Below are positions 38,591 to 50,447 of a stretch of DNA of 64,000 bases, piece after piece. The notes under the pieces are model-generated. The model was given only the letters and a program-made list of their open reading frames with translations. It was not told the origin of the DNA and did no database searches. The position numbers were made by a program, and so were the translations under genes. Source of the DNA: Octopus bimaculoides (taxonomy: Eukaryota); assembly GCF_001194135.2 (NCBI RefSeq), contig NC_068981.1, positions 161,709,672-161,773,671 on the forward strand, read 5' to 3'. The first letter of the stretch is position 1; each line of letters opens with the position of its first letter.

Positions 38591-40848
38591 ACCAGTTTTC
38601 CTAATGTACCTTAAACAAGACATATTCACTGGTTATGGCCAAGCTGGGATGCCACCTCCAAGGACATATTTACCAATTATACTGACTATTCTCCTTCCCA
38701 ATTCTTGTTGTATCAACTGGGACTTATTTTATCCACTTGAGAAAGATGATTTAGCAGTTTAGGTCTGCATGGGATTTGAACTCAGAACATAAATGTTGTA
38801 ACTAAATTCCTCGAAGTCTTTAATTCTATAAATTATCGTTTCTGCTATCTGTCTACCTTAATTAAATCCTTTTTTTTTTCATATTACTGTTTCTTTTTCT
38901 TTTAATTACCATCTACCTGTGCAACTATAAAATATAATGTAGACATCAAATATTTTCATATGATGACAGGCTATAGAGACAAGCACAAAATGTGTGTTCA
39001 TAGGAGTATAACCTTCTGATGAGAAAAACAAAATGTACCGATAGGAAATTAGATTACATGGAATATATTTTCTTCGTTTTCTCCAAGTGCCAGAATTGGA
39101 ATCCTGTCATGTCTGCTTGAATGCCCTATCTTGTAATAACAATGAAGGACAGGTTATAAATCAAAATGTGACTTTCACACTTCCTGTTAGCTATCAAAGC
39201 AACAGTAAGATAGAAAGTTATGAAAATTGAAGCTGGCCTTCCGACATTATGCCAATGTCCAGAACATTCTACTGCATTCTACCATCATCCATTCTGCCTG
39301 TTAATCGTCGCTAACCATAGCCAAATATATCATTAAAGAGCACTGAGTATAAACGAGAATATCATATTGCTAATATCATAGAATAGAACACTACATTTTT
39401 TTATATGTATTTATATACTGCCACTTGATATGTGTGTATGCATGTGTATGTGAGTAAGAATGTAAGTGTATATGTGTGCAAATACAAGCATACATCATAC
39501 ATAGACACGTATTTCCATACATTCTCTCTCACACTCACTGCTACAAATACACACATCTAAACCATAGTAGTAAGACAGAAGTTGAAGAGCATGGTGAAGT
39601 TTGGATTGATAGATTGTGCAGAAAGAGAAAAATTTAAAGGAAGAGATAACATATATCAAAGGTGAGAGCAGCGAATTCCCAAAATTCTTCAGAATTAACA
39701 TTTCAAGAATATTCCAAGGAAGAATGATTGGTAATAGTATTCATGGAGTTTTGAGATTATGTTGATGTGGTTACCATAGTAAAGGTTCCATATTTCAATG
39801 TGAGTCAAAGTGGCAGAATTGCTTTATCTTAGATGAACTTGGGATTTGAACCTTCTGGGAAGAACTGTATTGTGGATAAGTTTGGGAGAGCAGTTTGCAT
39901 TCTACTCAGAATAGGGGTCTTCACTGGAATCAGTATCGGCACCAACATCACCATAGTCATCATCATCATCATTTTTTGTTTAGTACCAGGTCAATTAGAC
40001 CGAGCTGATCTATGGTCAAAAGAGTTATGACCATAACTGTCTCATTTTCAGTAGCATCACGTATTTTATTAACAATCAGCAGAAGTTACAAAATGACTCA
40101 AGGGCCAAGGGTTTCATGTGTTGGCATTTACCTAGGACTAAGTTATCTCATTTGTCCTCCATTTGCTATGTTTCTTAGATAATAAGTATCTAGTTTGAGG
40201 AAAATATAGCTGGCTGCTATTTCTAGCTGGTCAGGTGATTAAGTAGAGGCTCCCGTCTGTGCCCAATTGAACATTTGGTTGTTGCTGTTGCTGTTGTTGT
40301 TTAGCCCCCAGGCCAACTTTGACTGATCACAATTACAAGGAAAGACTTTCCAGTTATGACAATTGCATTTTCTTTTTCAAACACATAATCTTGACTGCAT
40401 TAACTAATGTCATCATCATCATTTTGGGGTTGGACAAAATTTTGTTGAGGCTGATTTTCTACAGCTGGATGCCCTTCCTGTTGCTAACCCTCACCAGTTT
40501 CAAAGTAAAGTAACATTTCCCTGTAATCAGACATGTTTTCATAGAAGATTTGGAATGAAGGACACAGTTTGAATGATGGCGACATTTGTATACAACAACC
40601 AAGGCAATGACACACACACACACACACACACACATATATTCATATATAAAATGTACGAGGCATTTTTTGTCAGATGACTGAAACTAAGAGGTATGTACTC
40701 TGAGTATATACTTGGTTTGGTACACCCCTAAAATTCCAATATAAACTGCAGTTGAATATGTGATTTTGAAATTGCCTTTCTAAAGCAGCTAGAAATGGCT
40801 TCCCCTTGAGCAGGTGTGTATAGATTAAAAGAGAAATGAAGAAGATAA

Positions 40849-41006
40849 CAATTTGGTAACATTTGACAAGGTCATTTAATTTAGCTATATAATATGATAT
40901 AATGCAATACAAAGGTGTATATAGAGATTATATACACCTTTGTATTGTATTATATCATATCATTATATAGGTAAATTAAATGTCCTTGTCAAGTCTTACT
41001 AAATTG
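40849..41006. repeat. Near-perfect inverted repeat (about 75-bp arms, 5-7 nt loop)
   Basis: caatttggtaac...aaaggtgtatata / tatatacacctttg...tactaaattg. Confidence 0.85.
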
Positions 41007-41054
41007 CTTGCCTCTTCATTTTTGTTTTAATCTATATTCATATGTACATATATG

Positions 41055-41091
<37 letters not shown>

Positions 41092-41517
41092 NNNNNNNNN
41101 NNNNNNNNNNNNNNNNNNNNNNNNNNNNNNNNNNNNNNNNNNNNNNNNNNNNNNNNNNNNNNNNNNNNNNNNNNNNNNNNNNNNNNNNNNNNNNNNNNNN
41201 NNNNNNNNNNNNNNNNNNNNNNNNNNNNNNNNNNNNNNNNNNNNNNNNNNNNNNNNNNNNNNNNNNNNNNNNNNNNNNNNNNNNNNNNNNNNNNNNNNNN
41301 NNNNNNNTATATATATACATGCACATATATATATATCTATATATATATATATATACTACACTCTCGGAGTGGTTGGCGTTAGGAAGGGTATCCAGCTGTA
41401 GAAACTCTGCCAAATCAGATTGGAGCTTGGTGTAGCCATCTGGTTTCACCAGTCCTCAGTCAAATCGTCCAACCCATGCTAGCATGAAAAGCGGATGCTA
41501 AACGATGATGATGATGA

Positions 41518-41551
<34 letters not shown>

Positions 41552-41764
41552 CAAGTTTCTTTTAGTTTTTAAATAATAATAATGAAATTATTGTGTATAG
41601 TGCTCAGGTGCACTACAACATAAATCCCTTCACAAGGCTTTGGCCAGTATGGGGTTATAGTAGAAGTCACCTGCTGAATGTACCATGCTGTGGGAATGAA
41701 CCTGGAACCATGTGATTGGGAAGCAGACTTCTTACCACACAGCCACATCTTGTTTTAGTTTGTA

Positions 41765-41993
41765 ATATTGGTTTTAAATTTTGGCACAAGGCCAGCAACT
41801 TCAGGGAAGGGGTGAGTTAATTACCCTGACACTCCACTCCCCCACCAATGATCAGCTGGTATTTATTTTATCAGCCCTGAAAGGACAAAAGGCAAAGTTG
41901 ACCTCAGTGGAATTTGAGCTCAGAACATAAGACAGATGAAATACTGCTAAGCATTTTGCCTGGCATGTCAACGATTCTGCCAAATTCTCACCT
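41765..41993 (-). mobile_element. Family B SINE
   Basis: Nin/Deu-like core on the minus strand. Confidence 0.75.
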
Positions 41994-42022
41994 TTTTTTA
42001 GTTTGTATTATTTTTATAAGAG

Positions 42023-42246
42023 TGAGAGCAGTAAGCTGGCAGAATCGTCAGCATACCAAGAAAAATGCCTTGCAGCATTTCATCCATCTTTACACTATGA
42101 ATTCAATTTCCACTGAGGTTCACCTTATCTTTCGTCCTTTCAGGGTCGATAAACTAAGTACAAGTTGAACACTGGGGTTCAATGTAATTGACTTATCCCC
42201 TTCCCTGAAATTTCTGGCCTTGTGCCAAAATTTGAAATCAATATTA
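42023..42246 (+). mobile_element. Family B SINE
   Basis: Core 'ctttcgtcctttcagggtcgataaactaagtac'. Confidence 0.75.
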
Positions 42247-42254
42247 TTATTATA

Positions 42255-42419
42255 GGCGCAGAAGTGGCTGTGTGGTAAGTAGCTTGCTTACCAACCACAT
42301 GGTTCTGGGTTCAGTCCCACTGCATGGTACCTTGGGCAAGTGTCTTCTACTATAGCCTCGGGCCGACCAAAATCTTGTGAGTAGATTTGGTAGACGGAAA
42401 CTGAAAGAAGCCCGTCGTA

Positions 42420-42479
<60 letters not shown>

Positions 42480-42686
42480 TGTGTGTCTGTGTTTGTCCCC
42501 CCAGCATCGTTTGACAATCGATGCTGGTGTGATTACGTTCCGTAACTTAGTGGTTCGGCAAAAGAGACCGATAGAATAAGTACTAGGCTTACAAAGAATA
42601 AGTCCTGGGGTCGATTTGCTCGACTAAAGGCGGTGCTCCAGCATGGCCACAGTCTTATGACTGAAACAAGTAAAAGAGCAAAAGAG
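42255..42686 (+). mobile_element. Family A SINE, full length
   Basis: Close match to the consensus. Confidence 0.9.
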
Positions 42687-43191
42687 ATAGTGTTATCATG
42701 TGAAATCTATAACCTGCTCACTGATACCTGAGTAGAAATATCTTTGTCTGTCTTCCTGCCTGCCTGTTTACCTTCTCACCCATTTGCACACGTATACATA
42801 CCCATATCCGTGCATGTGCCTGTGTATCTGTGCACTGAAGCATAAAATTTTAGTTCATCTATAGCAATTTTCGCATTAAGTTTTCCAAAGAAAATCTGCC
42901 AACCTTAACAGATAACAGTAAATATAAGAATGGCAAAACAGCTTCAATGATCAAGAATGTTAATTGTTGCATGAAAATTTCATGCTTAGTTGATAAATTC
43001 CCTTCAGAAGCTCACATCACAACAGTTTTCTGGGCTGTTGCCTTTATTGATCATGTGACACAGGTTGTGAAAGATGACATTTTTTGTCGTTTTTCTAAAA
43101 TTCCACATGTTATGTCTTATATTTTGCCTGTCTGTTCATTACCATCTTGATGGCATGTTATTAGAATGGTTTTAATTAGTTGGTCAATGTA

Positions 43192-43439
43192 CAGGGTTGA
43201 CCAAAAGTCACCTGACAGTAAATCAAAACTCTTTTAATTCCAAGATTAAAACAAAAAATTATTTTATATGGGACTTTGGTAATAAATAGGCAAATGTTGA
43301 AAAAAAAAATTTTTTAAATGGTGATTTTAACTCACAGCATTCAATTATTAAACTTTCATAATTGGAATGAATACATAAAAGTGAACATTAAGTATTTATG
43401 GAATTTTGATTTAGTGTTCGGTGACTTTGGCCAACCCTG
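43192..43439. mobile_element. Tc1/mariner-type MITE (248 bp)
   Basis: TIRs cagggttgaccaaaagtcacc / ggtgactttggccaaccctg with TA on both sides. Confidence 0.85.
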
Positions 43440-43896
43440 TATATGTGTGCGTGTGTATATAAATATATATGTATGTGTATATATATATGTGTATATATAT
43501 GTGTGTATATGTGTGTGTGTGTATGTATGTATGTATGTATGTATGCATGCATGCATGCATGCATGTATGTATGTATGTATGTATGTATGTATGTATGTAT
43601 GTATGTTAAATTCAAATTACGATAAACGTAAACAAACAAACGAAGTTTGCTTTTAGAAGCGTTGAGATGTCTTAGAAAGTTACAGAAGTGATTTTAAATT
43701 CTCAAACACAGGATAATGCTAATAATATAGCCTAAACAGGATAAGCTACCCCTATTTTGCAGAAAAAAGTGTAGGCGGCCAGCTATGTATGTATGTATGT
43801 ATGTATGTATGCATGCATGTATGTATGTANNNNNNNNNNATGTGTATATATTTGTATATATGTGTGTTTATATATGTATATATATGTGTGTGTATA

Positions 43897-44064
43897 CGAG
43901 GTGGTATCAAATTGTTCTAAGACTAGTTATGTTTAATAAAAAATAACTTTTGTACCTAAGTTTTAACATCATTGCCTTCAAAATATTCACCTTCTACAGC
44001 AATACACTGGTCCCAGCGTTCCTGCCACTTTTGGAATCCAGTCTGGAAGTCGTTTTCTGTGAGT
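43897..44064 (-). mobile_element. mariner transposon 3' end fragment
   Basis: Starts ta|cgaggtggtatcaaa; minus-strand peptide 'NDFQTGFQKWQERWDQCIAVEGEYFEGN'. Confidence 0.75.
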
Positions 44065-44625
44065 TGATTACTATGCGTAGGGTGGAGGTGCAATGGCCCA
44101 GTCGTTAGGGCATCGGACTCGCGGTCATAGGATCGCGGTTTCGATTCCCAGATTGGGCGGTGTGAGTGTTTATTGAGCGAAAACACCTAAAAGCTCCATG
44201 GGGCTCCGGCAGGGGATGGTGGCGAACCCTGCTGTACTCTTCCACCACAACTTTCTCTCACTCTTATTTCCTGTTTCTGTTGTGCCTGTAATTCAAAGGG
44301 TCAGCCTTGTCACACTGTGTCACGCTGAATATCCCCGAGAACTACGTTAAGGGTACACGTGTCTGTGGAGTGCTCAGCCACTTGCACGTTAATTTCACGA
44401 GCAGGCTGTTCCATTGATCGGATCAACTGGAACCCTCGACGTCGTAAGCGATGGAGTGCCAACAACAACAACAACTATGTGTAGGGTGTGGTTGAGAAAG
44501 ACACCAACCACTCTGCTGGAAACACCAAGGCCAAGCTAGTGACCAAGATGAAGGAGGTGTTTGAAGATCTCAGGAACACAGTAAGAATTCATGCACCAGG
44601 TTCCAGGGCCTGAGAGCAGCTACTT
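44065..44625 (+). mobile_element. maT-like transposase C-terminal fragment split by a SINE
   Basis: With the SINE and one TSD removed it reads 'DYYA*GVVEKDTNHSAGNTKAKLVTKMKEVFEDL', similar to the C-terminus at 9890-10060. Confidence 0.6.
44084..44473 (+). mobile_element. tRNA-Arg-like SINE (OR-type), full length
   Basis: 14-bp TSD actatgcgtagggt / actatgtgtagggt; (CAA)n tail. Confidence 0.9.
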
Positions 44626-44664
44626 TGAGTATACAGCTATCTGCCTGCCACAATCTAGTTACTA

Positions 44665-45066
44665 TTTACTCTTTTACTTGTTTCAGTCATTTGACTGTGG
44701 CCATGCTGGATCACCGCCTTTAGTCGAGCAAATTGACCCCAGGACTTATTCTTTGTAAGCCTAGTACTTATTCTATCAGTCTCTTTTGCCGAACCGCTAA
44801 GTTACGGGGATGTAAACACACCAACATTGGTTGTCAAGCGATGTCAGGGGGACAAACATAGACACACAAACACACATATATATATACATATACATATATA
44901 TACGACGGACTTCTTTCAGTTTCTGTCTACCAAATCCACTCACAAGGCTTTGGTTGGCCCTGAGGCTATAGTAGAAGACACTTGCCCAAGGTACCACACA
45001 GTGGGACTGAACCCGGAACCATGTAGTTGGCAAGCAAGCTACTTACCACACAGCCACTTCTGTGCC
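44665..45066 (-). mobile_element. Family A SINE, full length
   Basis: Close match to the consensus. Confidence 0.9.
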
Positions 45067-45169
45067 TGTTGATAATTTTTATTTTTTTTGATTTTTTAAA
45101 AATACTTTTCTCTCTCAGAGAATCTTTGTCTTCCATGTTACTTGGTAACCCTTGGTAACCCTGCAGTGT

Positions 45170-45745
45170 TGCGTGCCACACAAAAAGCAGCCAGTTCACA
45201 CTGCAAAGTGGTTGGCATTTGGAAGGGCATCCAACTTTAAAAACCATGCTGAAACTATGCTTATGCCACATGAAAACTCTCTCTCCACCCTGCTGGGTGC
45301 TTGGTGGTTGGTGTTAGGAAGAGCTGTAAAGAACCATGCCAAAACTGACCTTACCTATGCTTGTGCCACGTAAAAAGCACTCTGTCCACCTTGCTGGGTG
45401 GTTAGTGTCCAGAAAAGTTACCAGCTGTAAAAACCATGCCTAAACTGACCTCACCTGTGCTTAAGCCATATGAAAAGCACTCCGACCACCCTGCTGGGTG
45501 GTTGGTGTTAGGAAGAGCATCCAGCTGTAAAAACTCTGTCATAACTAACCTCACCGGTGCTTGTGCCACATAGAAAGCATTCTGTCCACCCGGTTGGGTG
45601 GTTGGTGTTAACAAAAGCATCCACCTGTAAAAACCGTGACAAAAGTTAGGAAGACCATCCAGCTGAAAAAAACCTAGCCAGCTCCTGTCAAGCCGTCCAA
45701 CCCATGCCAGCATGGAAGGTGGATCTTAAATGATGATGATGATGA
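45170..45745 (+). repeat. Tandem array of about five 90-100 bp RTE 3'UTR units ending in the RTE tail
   Basis: Repeated 'gcca..t.aaaagca...gggtggttggtgttaggaagagcatccagctgtaaaaac'. Confidence 0.8.
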
Positions 45746-45977
45746 TGAGGAGGAGGAGGAGGAAGAGGAGGGGGGGAGAAGATGGACAGGGATATTGTGT
45801 TTTCTTTTCCCATTATGCAAACTGTCAAATTTAACCTGAACATCTCCTATGCTAGTCATGGTGGAGGTGATTCCATTGGCAGAGACATTGTATAGGGTCG
45901 AGTGGACCCTTTCTTGTCTGCGAGAATCTGTATGGATATCAGAGTACATTTGTTTTTGTGTTGTGTATGTGTGTGTG

Positions 45978-46008
<31 letters not shown>

Positions 46009-46044
46009 AAATGTTGTTGCACAGTCTTTATGATGTTGAGCAAT

Positions 46045-46095
<51 letters not shown>

Positions 46096-46671
46096 TCATG
46101 GTTGCACACACTTTATAGTTTTGAGCAATCATCCGTGTGTTTGGGGGGTGTGTCTTTGTGCTTTTGTTGTTGCTACTGTCGTAGTGTTTATTTATGTATT
46201 CATTTTAGTGCTTATTTTTCTGTCAGTTGGGTTAAATATAAGCTGGCAGTGGCAACAATAGATAAAAGTAAATGGATATGTGTGGGTGTGAGTGGTGAAT
46301 GTGTATGCTTTGTTGTAGTTTGTCATTTATAGTTTATTCAATTGCAATGATGCCTTTGTCTGTGCATGTCTGTGTGTGTGTGTGTGTGTGTATGTTTGGT
46401 GTGTGTATGTGTGTGTGTGTGTTTGATGTGTGTGTATGTGTGTGTAGTTGGAGTTTGGTGTGTGTTTGGTGCAGATGTGTCATGTAGGTGTGTGTTTGAT
46501 GTGTGTATGTGTGTATGTGTATTTGGCGTTGGTGTATGTGTGTATGTTTGGTGTGAACATGTGTTTGGTGTATATGTGTGTGTGTGTGTGCGTGTGCGTG
46601 TGTTTGGTGTGTGTATGTGTGTATGTGTGTATGTGTGTATGTGTGTGTATGTGAGGGTGTGTCTATTCATA

Positions 46672-46898
46672 CTCTCTTTTACTTTTTTACTTGTTTCAGT
46701 CATTTGACTACGGCCATGCTGGAGCACCGCTTTTAGTCGAGCAAATCGACCCCGGGACTTATTCGTTGTAAGCCTAGTACTTATTCTATCGGTCTCTTTC
46801 TTCGAACCGCTAAGTGATGGGGACGTAAACACACCAGCATCGGTTGTCAAGCAATGCTAGGGGGTCAAACACAGACACACAAACACACACACACACAC

Positions 46899-46952
<54 letters not shown>

Positions 46953-47034
46953 GACNNNNNNNNNNCACACCAGCATCGGTTGTCAAGCAATGCTAGGGGG
47001 TCAAACACAGACACACAAACACACACACACACAC

Positions 47035-47088
<54 letters not shown>

Positions 47089-47244
47089 GACGGGCTTCAT
47101 TCAGTTTCTGTCTACCAAATCCACTCACAAGGCTTTGGCCGGCCCGAGGCTATAGTAGAAAACACTTGCCCAAGATGCCACACAGTGGGACTGAACCCAG
47201 AGCCATGTGGTTGGTAAGCAAGCTACTTACCACACAGCCACTCC
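46672..47244 (-). mobile_element. Family A SINE with an apparent 126-bp duplication across a 10-N gap
   Basis: 46830-46955 is repeated at 46966-47091. Confidence 0.85.
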
Positions 47245-47333
47245 TTAAGTTCTAGATATTTTTCACATATATATAAACATGTACCAATATACTCATACAC
47301 TCATAGATACAAATACATATTACAGCTCTACAT

Positions 47334-47369
<36 letters not shown>

Positions 47370-47714
47370 ATTTCCCCTCTGTCTCCGTATTTCTCATTTG
47401 ATTGTTTTATTCGAAATGGGACTACAATGAGGCTAAATTGTTATCATTACAATATTGTTATTACTATTATTTATCCCTGGGATTAGGGTTGATGCTCTTA
47501 CCCCACTCGTTCTTTCTGCTGAATTCAGTGCCCTTTGTTATGTAGATGGATTCAGTAATTTATCAGAAGGACAAAACCTAAAAGTGAATGAATAGCATTT
47601 TTTCTCACCTTGTTTACTGATTAAAATGTAAAAGGTTACCCAAAATTTTAATTAAGTTTGTTTAAATTTGAAATGTAGTGAAGAGCGGATCAGATCTTTA
47701 GAAGTATAGTGACA

Positions 47715-47757
47715 ACTCCTGACATGTTCCAGCCTTGTTAGACCTCTTCAGCAAAGC
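47715..47757 (-). ncRNA. Degenerate minimal hammerhead ribozyme-like motif
   Basis: Minus strand: gctttg CTGAAGA ggtct-aaca-aggct GGAA catg TC aggagt. Stem II is 5 bp and stem III is palindromic (ACAUGU), but GAAA is mutated and stem I is weak. Confidence 0.35.
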
Positions 47758-48193
47758 GTTATCTAACTATCACTGCAAACCTTAGATGGATAGAGAATGT
47801 ATATGATTTCTGTGAATGGAAAGAGATACATTCATGGTTGCATGGTCAAAAAGCTTGCTTCTCAGCTATGTAGCCTTAGGATGAATCCCATTGTGTGGAA
47901 CCTGGGGCAAGTGTCTTCTACTTCAACTCCAGGCTGGTCAAAGCCTTTTGAGTGGATTTGGTAGACGGAAACTGAAAGAAGCTTGTAGTTTATATGTGTG
48001 TTTGTGTGCATGTGTATGTGTGTGTGTGTGTGTGTGTGTGAGAGAAGAGAGAGAATGAGACAGAGAGAGAGTGAGAGAGAAAGTTACCATCTCTATGCTT
48101 TGCATGATAGTTATAAGTGTGTGTTACTGTCATACAACACTGACGTTCATTTCCAATCTTCTATGGAAGCATGTTGGGCCATAGGGAAATATT

Positions 48194-48408
48194 CTTTTCT
48201 ACTCTAGGCACAAGGCCCAAAATTTTTGGGGAGGGGGCCAGTCGATTAGATCGACCCCAGTACACAACTGGTACTTAATCTATTGACTCCAAAAGTATGA
48301 AAGGCGAAGTCGACTTCGGCAGAATTTGAACTCAGAACGTAAAGACAGACGAAATACTGCTAAACATTTTGCCTGGTGTGCTAACGTTTCTGCCAGCTCG
48401 CCGCCTTT
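48194..48408 (-). mobile_element. Family B SINE inserted in an RTE-type tail
   Basis: 16-bp TSD gccatagggaaatatt at 48178-48193 and 48409-48424. Confidence 0.9.
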
Positions 48409-48535
48409 GCCATAGGGAAATATTACCTTACTTGGAAACGGGTGAGGATTAATAAGAAGAGCATCTAGCCATAGAAAATCTGTCTCCACAAATTCCATCT
48501 GACCCATGCAAGCATAGAAAAGTAGACGTTAAAAT

Positions 48536-48740
48536 CCTTTTACACAAAGCCTGAAATTTGTGCGGGAGGGGTAAGTCGATTTTATTGACCCCACTGCTCA
48601 ACTAGCACTTATTTTATTGACCCCCAAAAGGATGAAAGGCAAAGTTGACCTCGGTAGGATTTGAATTCAGAACATAAGGATGGACGAAATGCTGCTAAGC
48701 ATTTTGCTTGGCATGCTAATGATTCTACCAGCTCACCACC
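48536..48740 (-). mobile_element. Family B SINE
   Basis: Core 'ttattgacccccaaaaggatgaaaggcaaagttgacc'. Confidence 0.8.
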
Positions 48741-48745
48741 TTTAA

Positions 48746-48966
48746 CCCGTTAGTGCTCACATTATTCTGCCAAAATTGATGCTTTTTTATCCACTTTGTT
48801 TTGAACTAATCATGCATTATCTTGTAGCTATGAGATTTTGATGAGGTAGCTGCTAATTTTTAAAACAATATTGTAGGGTTGGTGTGAGAGACCAGATCTG
48901 GCCAGTTCTAACATTAAACAGGCAGGATACTTTTGGCCGGATATGGCCGGTTTAAATGCTAAAGGG
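48746..48966. mobile_element. piggyBac-like MITE
   Basis: TTAA|cccgttagtgc...tgctaaaggg|TTAA. Confidence 0.7.
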
Positions 48967-49813
48967 TTAAAGTAGCTGTTAAAATAACGATGATGACAAT
49001 GACAATGATGATAGTGAACACAGAGGCATTAGAGATTTTAAAAGTGGCTAGAGCAAAAATACCTTGGGATGCCTATTGAAACCTCGGTAGCATAGCACAA
49101 GCATACTTGTAGCAAGCCAAGAGATTTTGATTAATTAGATATGAAATGCAGTGGAGAATGTGTGTGATCTTTAGCAGTAGATATAGACTGATTGTGGTGA
49201 TACTACAAATGAAATCAGATAAGCTATGAGTGATAAACTGCAATAAAACATGTAGACATGTCCACACCTACACCGTGTCTACTGTTATGTAGTGTCACTG
49301 CCAGTAACTTAAATCTAACACAGTTGACAGGTCAATAAACAATAGCAGGAAACAACAAAAGCAACTGCAATGAGAAAACATCAGCAATGAAACTCACACA
49401 TATACACGTACATAGACACAGACGCAAACACACGGAAGCGCTCCATTGAAAAGATGCAACACCACTAAAATCAAACCCACACATGCACAACACGAATATA
49501 ATAATCACATATTCACAAATACATACACATACTTGCACATGCAGTCTCTCACCTCCCACCACCATCACTAAGTACATAGTGACCAGGCAGAGTCTGAAAT
49601 CAGTCACGGAGAAGTCGTTATAAAGGCTGCAGACGTGAATTAAAGACTTTGACAAATGAATCAATTAACAAAGATGTGATCTGCAACAAATACACGTATT
49701 TTTATTGGCAGAATAATCCTCCTCAAACCTAACAATAACTGTTTCAACATACGATTTAACATCACGAATCCTGTGAAACAAAAAACGCAAAAAACGTAAA
49801 GTACATGTATGCA

Positions 49814-49855
<42 letters not shown>

Positions 49856-50386
49856 NNNNNNNNNNNNNNNNNNNNNNNNNNNNNNNNNNNNNNNNNNNNN
49901 NNNNNNNNNNNNNNNNNNNNNNNNNNNNNNNNNNNNNNNNNNNNNNNNNNNNNNNNNNNNNNNNNNNNNNNNNNNNNNNNNNNNNNNNNNNNNNNNNNNN
50001 NNNNNNNNNNNNNNNNNNNNNNNNNNNNNNNNNNNNNNNNNNNNNNNNNNNNNNNNNNNNNNNNNNNNNNNNNNNNNNNNNNNNNNNNNNNNNNNNNNNN
50101 NNNNNNNNNNNNNNNNNNNNNNNNNNNNNNNNNNNNNNNNNNNNNNNNNNNNNNNNNNNNNNNNNNNNNNNNNNNNNNNNNNNNNNNNNNNNNNNNNNNN
50201 NNNNNNNNNNNNNNNNNNNNNNNNNNNNNNNNNNNNNNNNNNNNNNNNNNNNNNNNNNNNNNNNNNNNNNNNNNNNNNNNNNNNNNNNNTAATAGTAAGA
50301 AAACAAAAGAATGAAAGAGACTTCAATATTATGTAAATAGAGGAATTTATCTGTAATATAATATGTGACAATTATTCGGTTGCCAT

Positions 50387-50447
50387 AATAAAACTCTGAG
50401 TTTCGGATGTCTGGGTGGAAACCTGCTCCGGCATCTCTTCAGTTATC
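50387..50447 (-). ncRNA. Type-I hammerhead ribozyme-like motif (left arm)
   Basis: GAUAA CUGAAGA GAUG...CAUCC GAAA CUCAGAG UU UUAUU. H17 is U, and stem II has a 1-nt bulge. Confidence 0.5.

Noticed and set aside
45674-45949. 91-aa minus-strand ORF in partly unique DNA
   Set aside because: No recognisable domain and weak splice signals; the C-terminus runs into a repeat tail.
46830-47091. 126-bp direct duplication inside a SINE
   Set aside because: Identical sequence on both sides of a 10-N gap is most likely an unmerged contig overlap.
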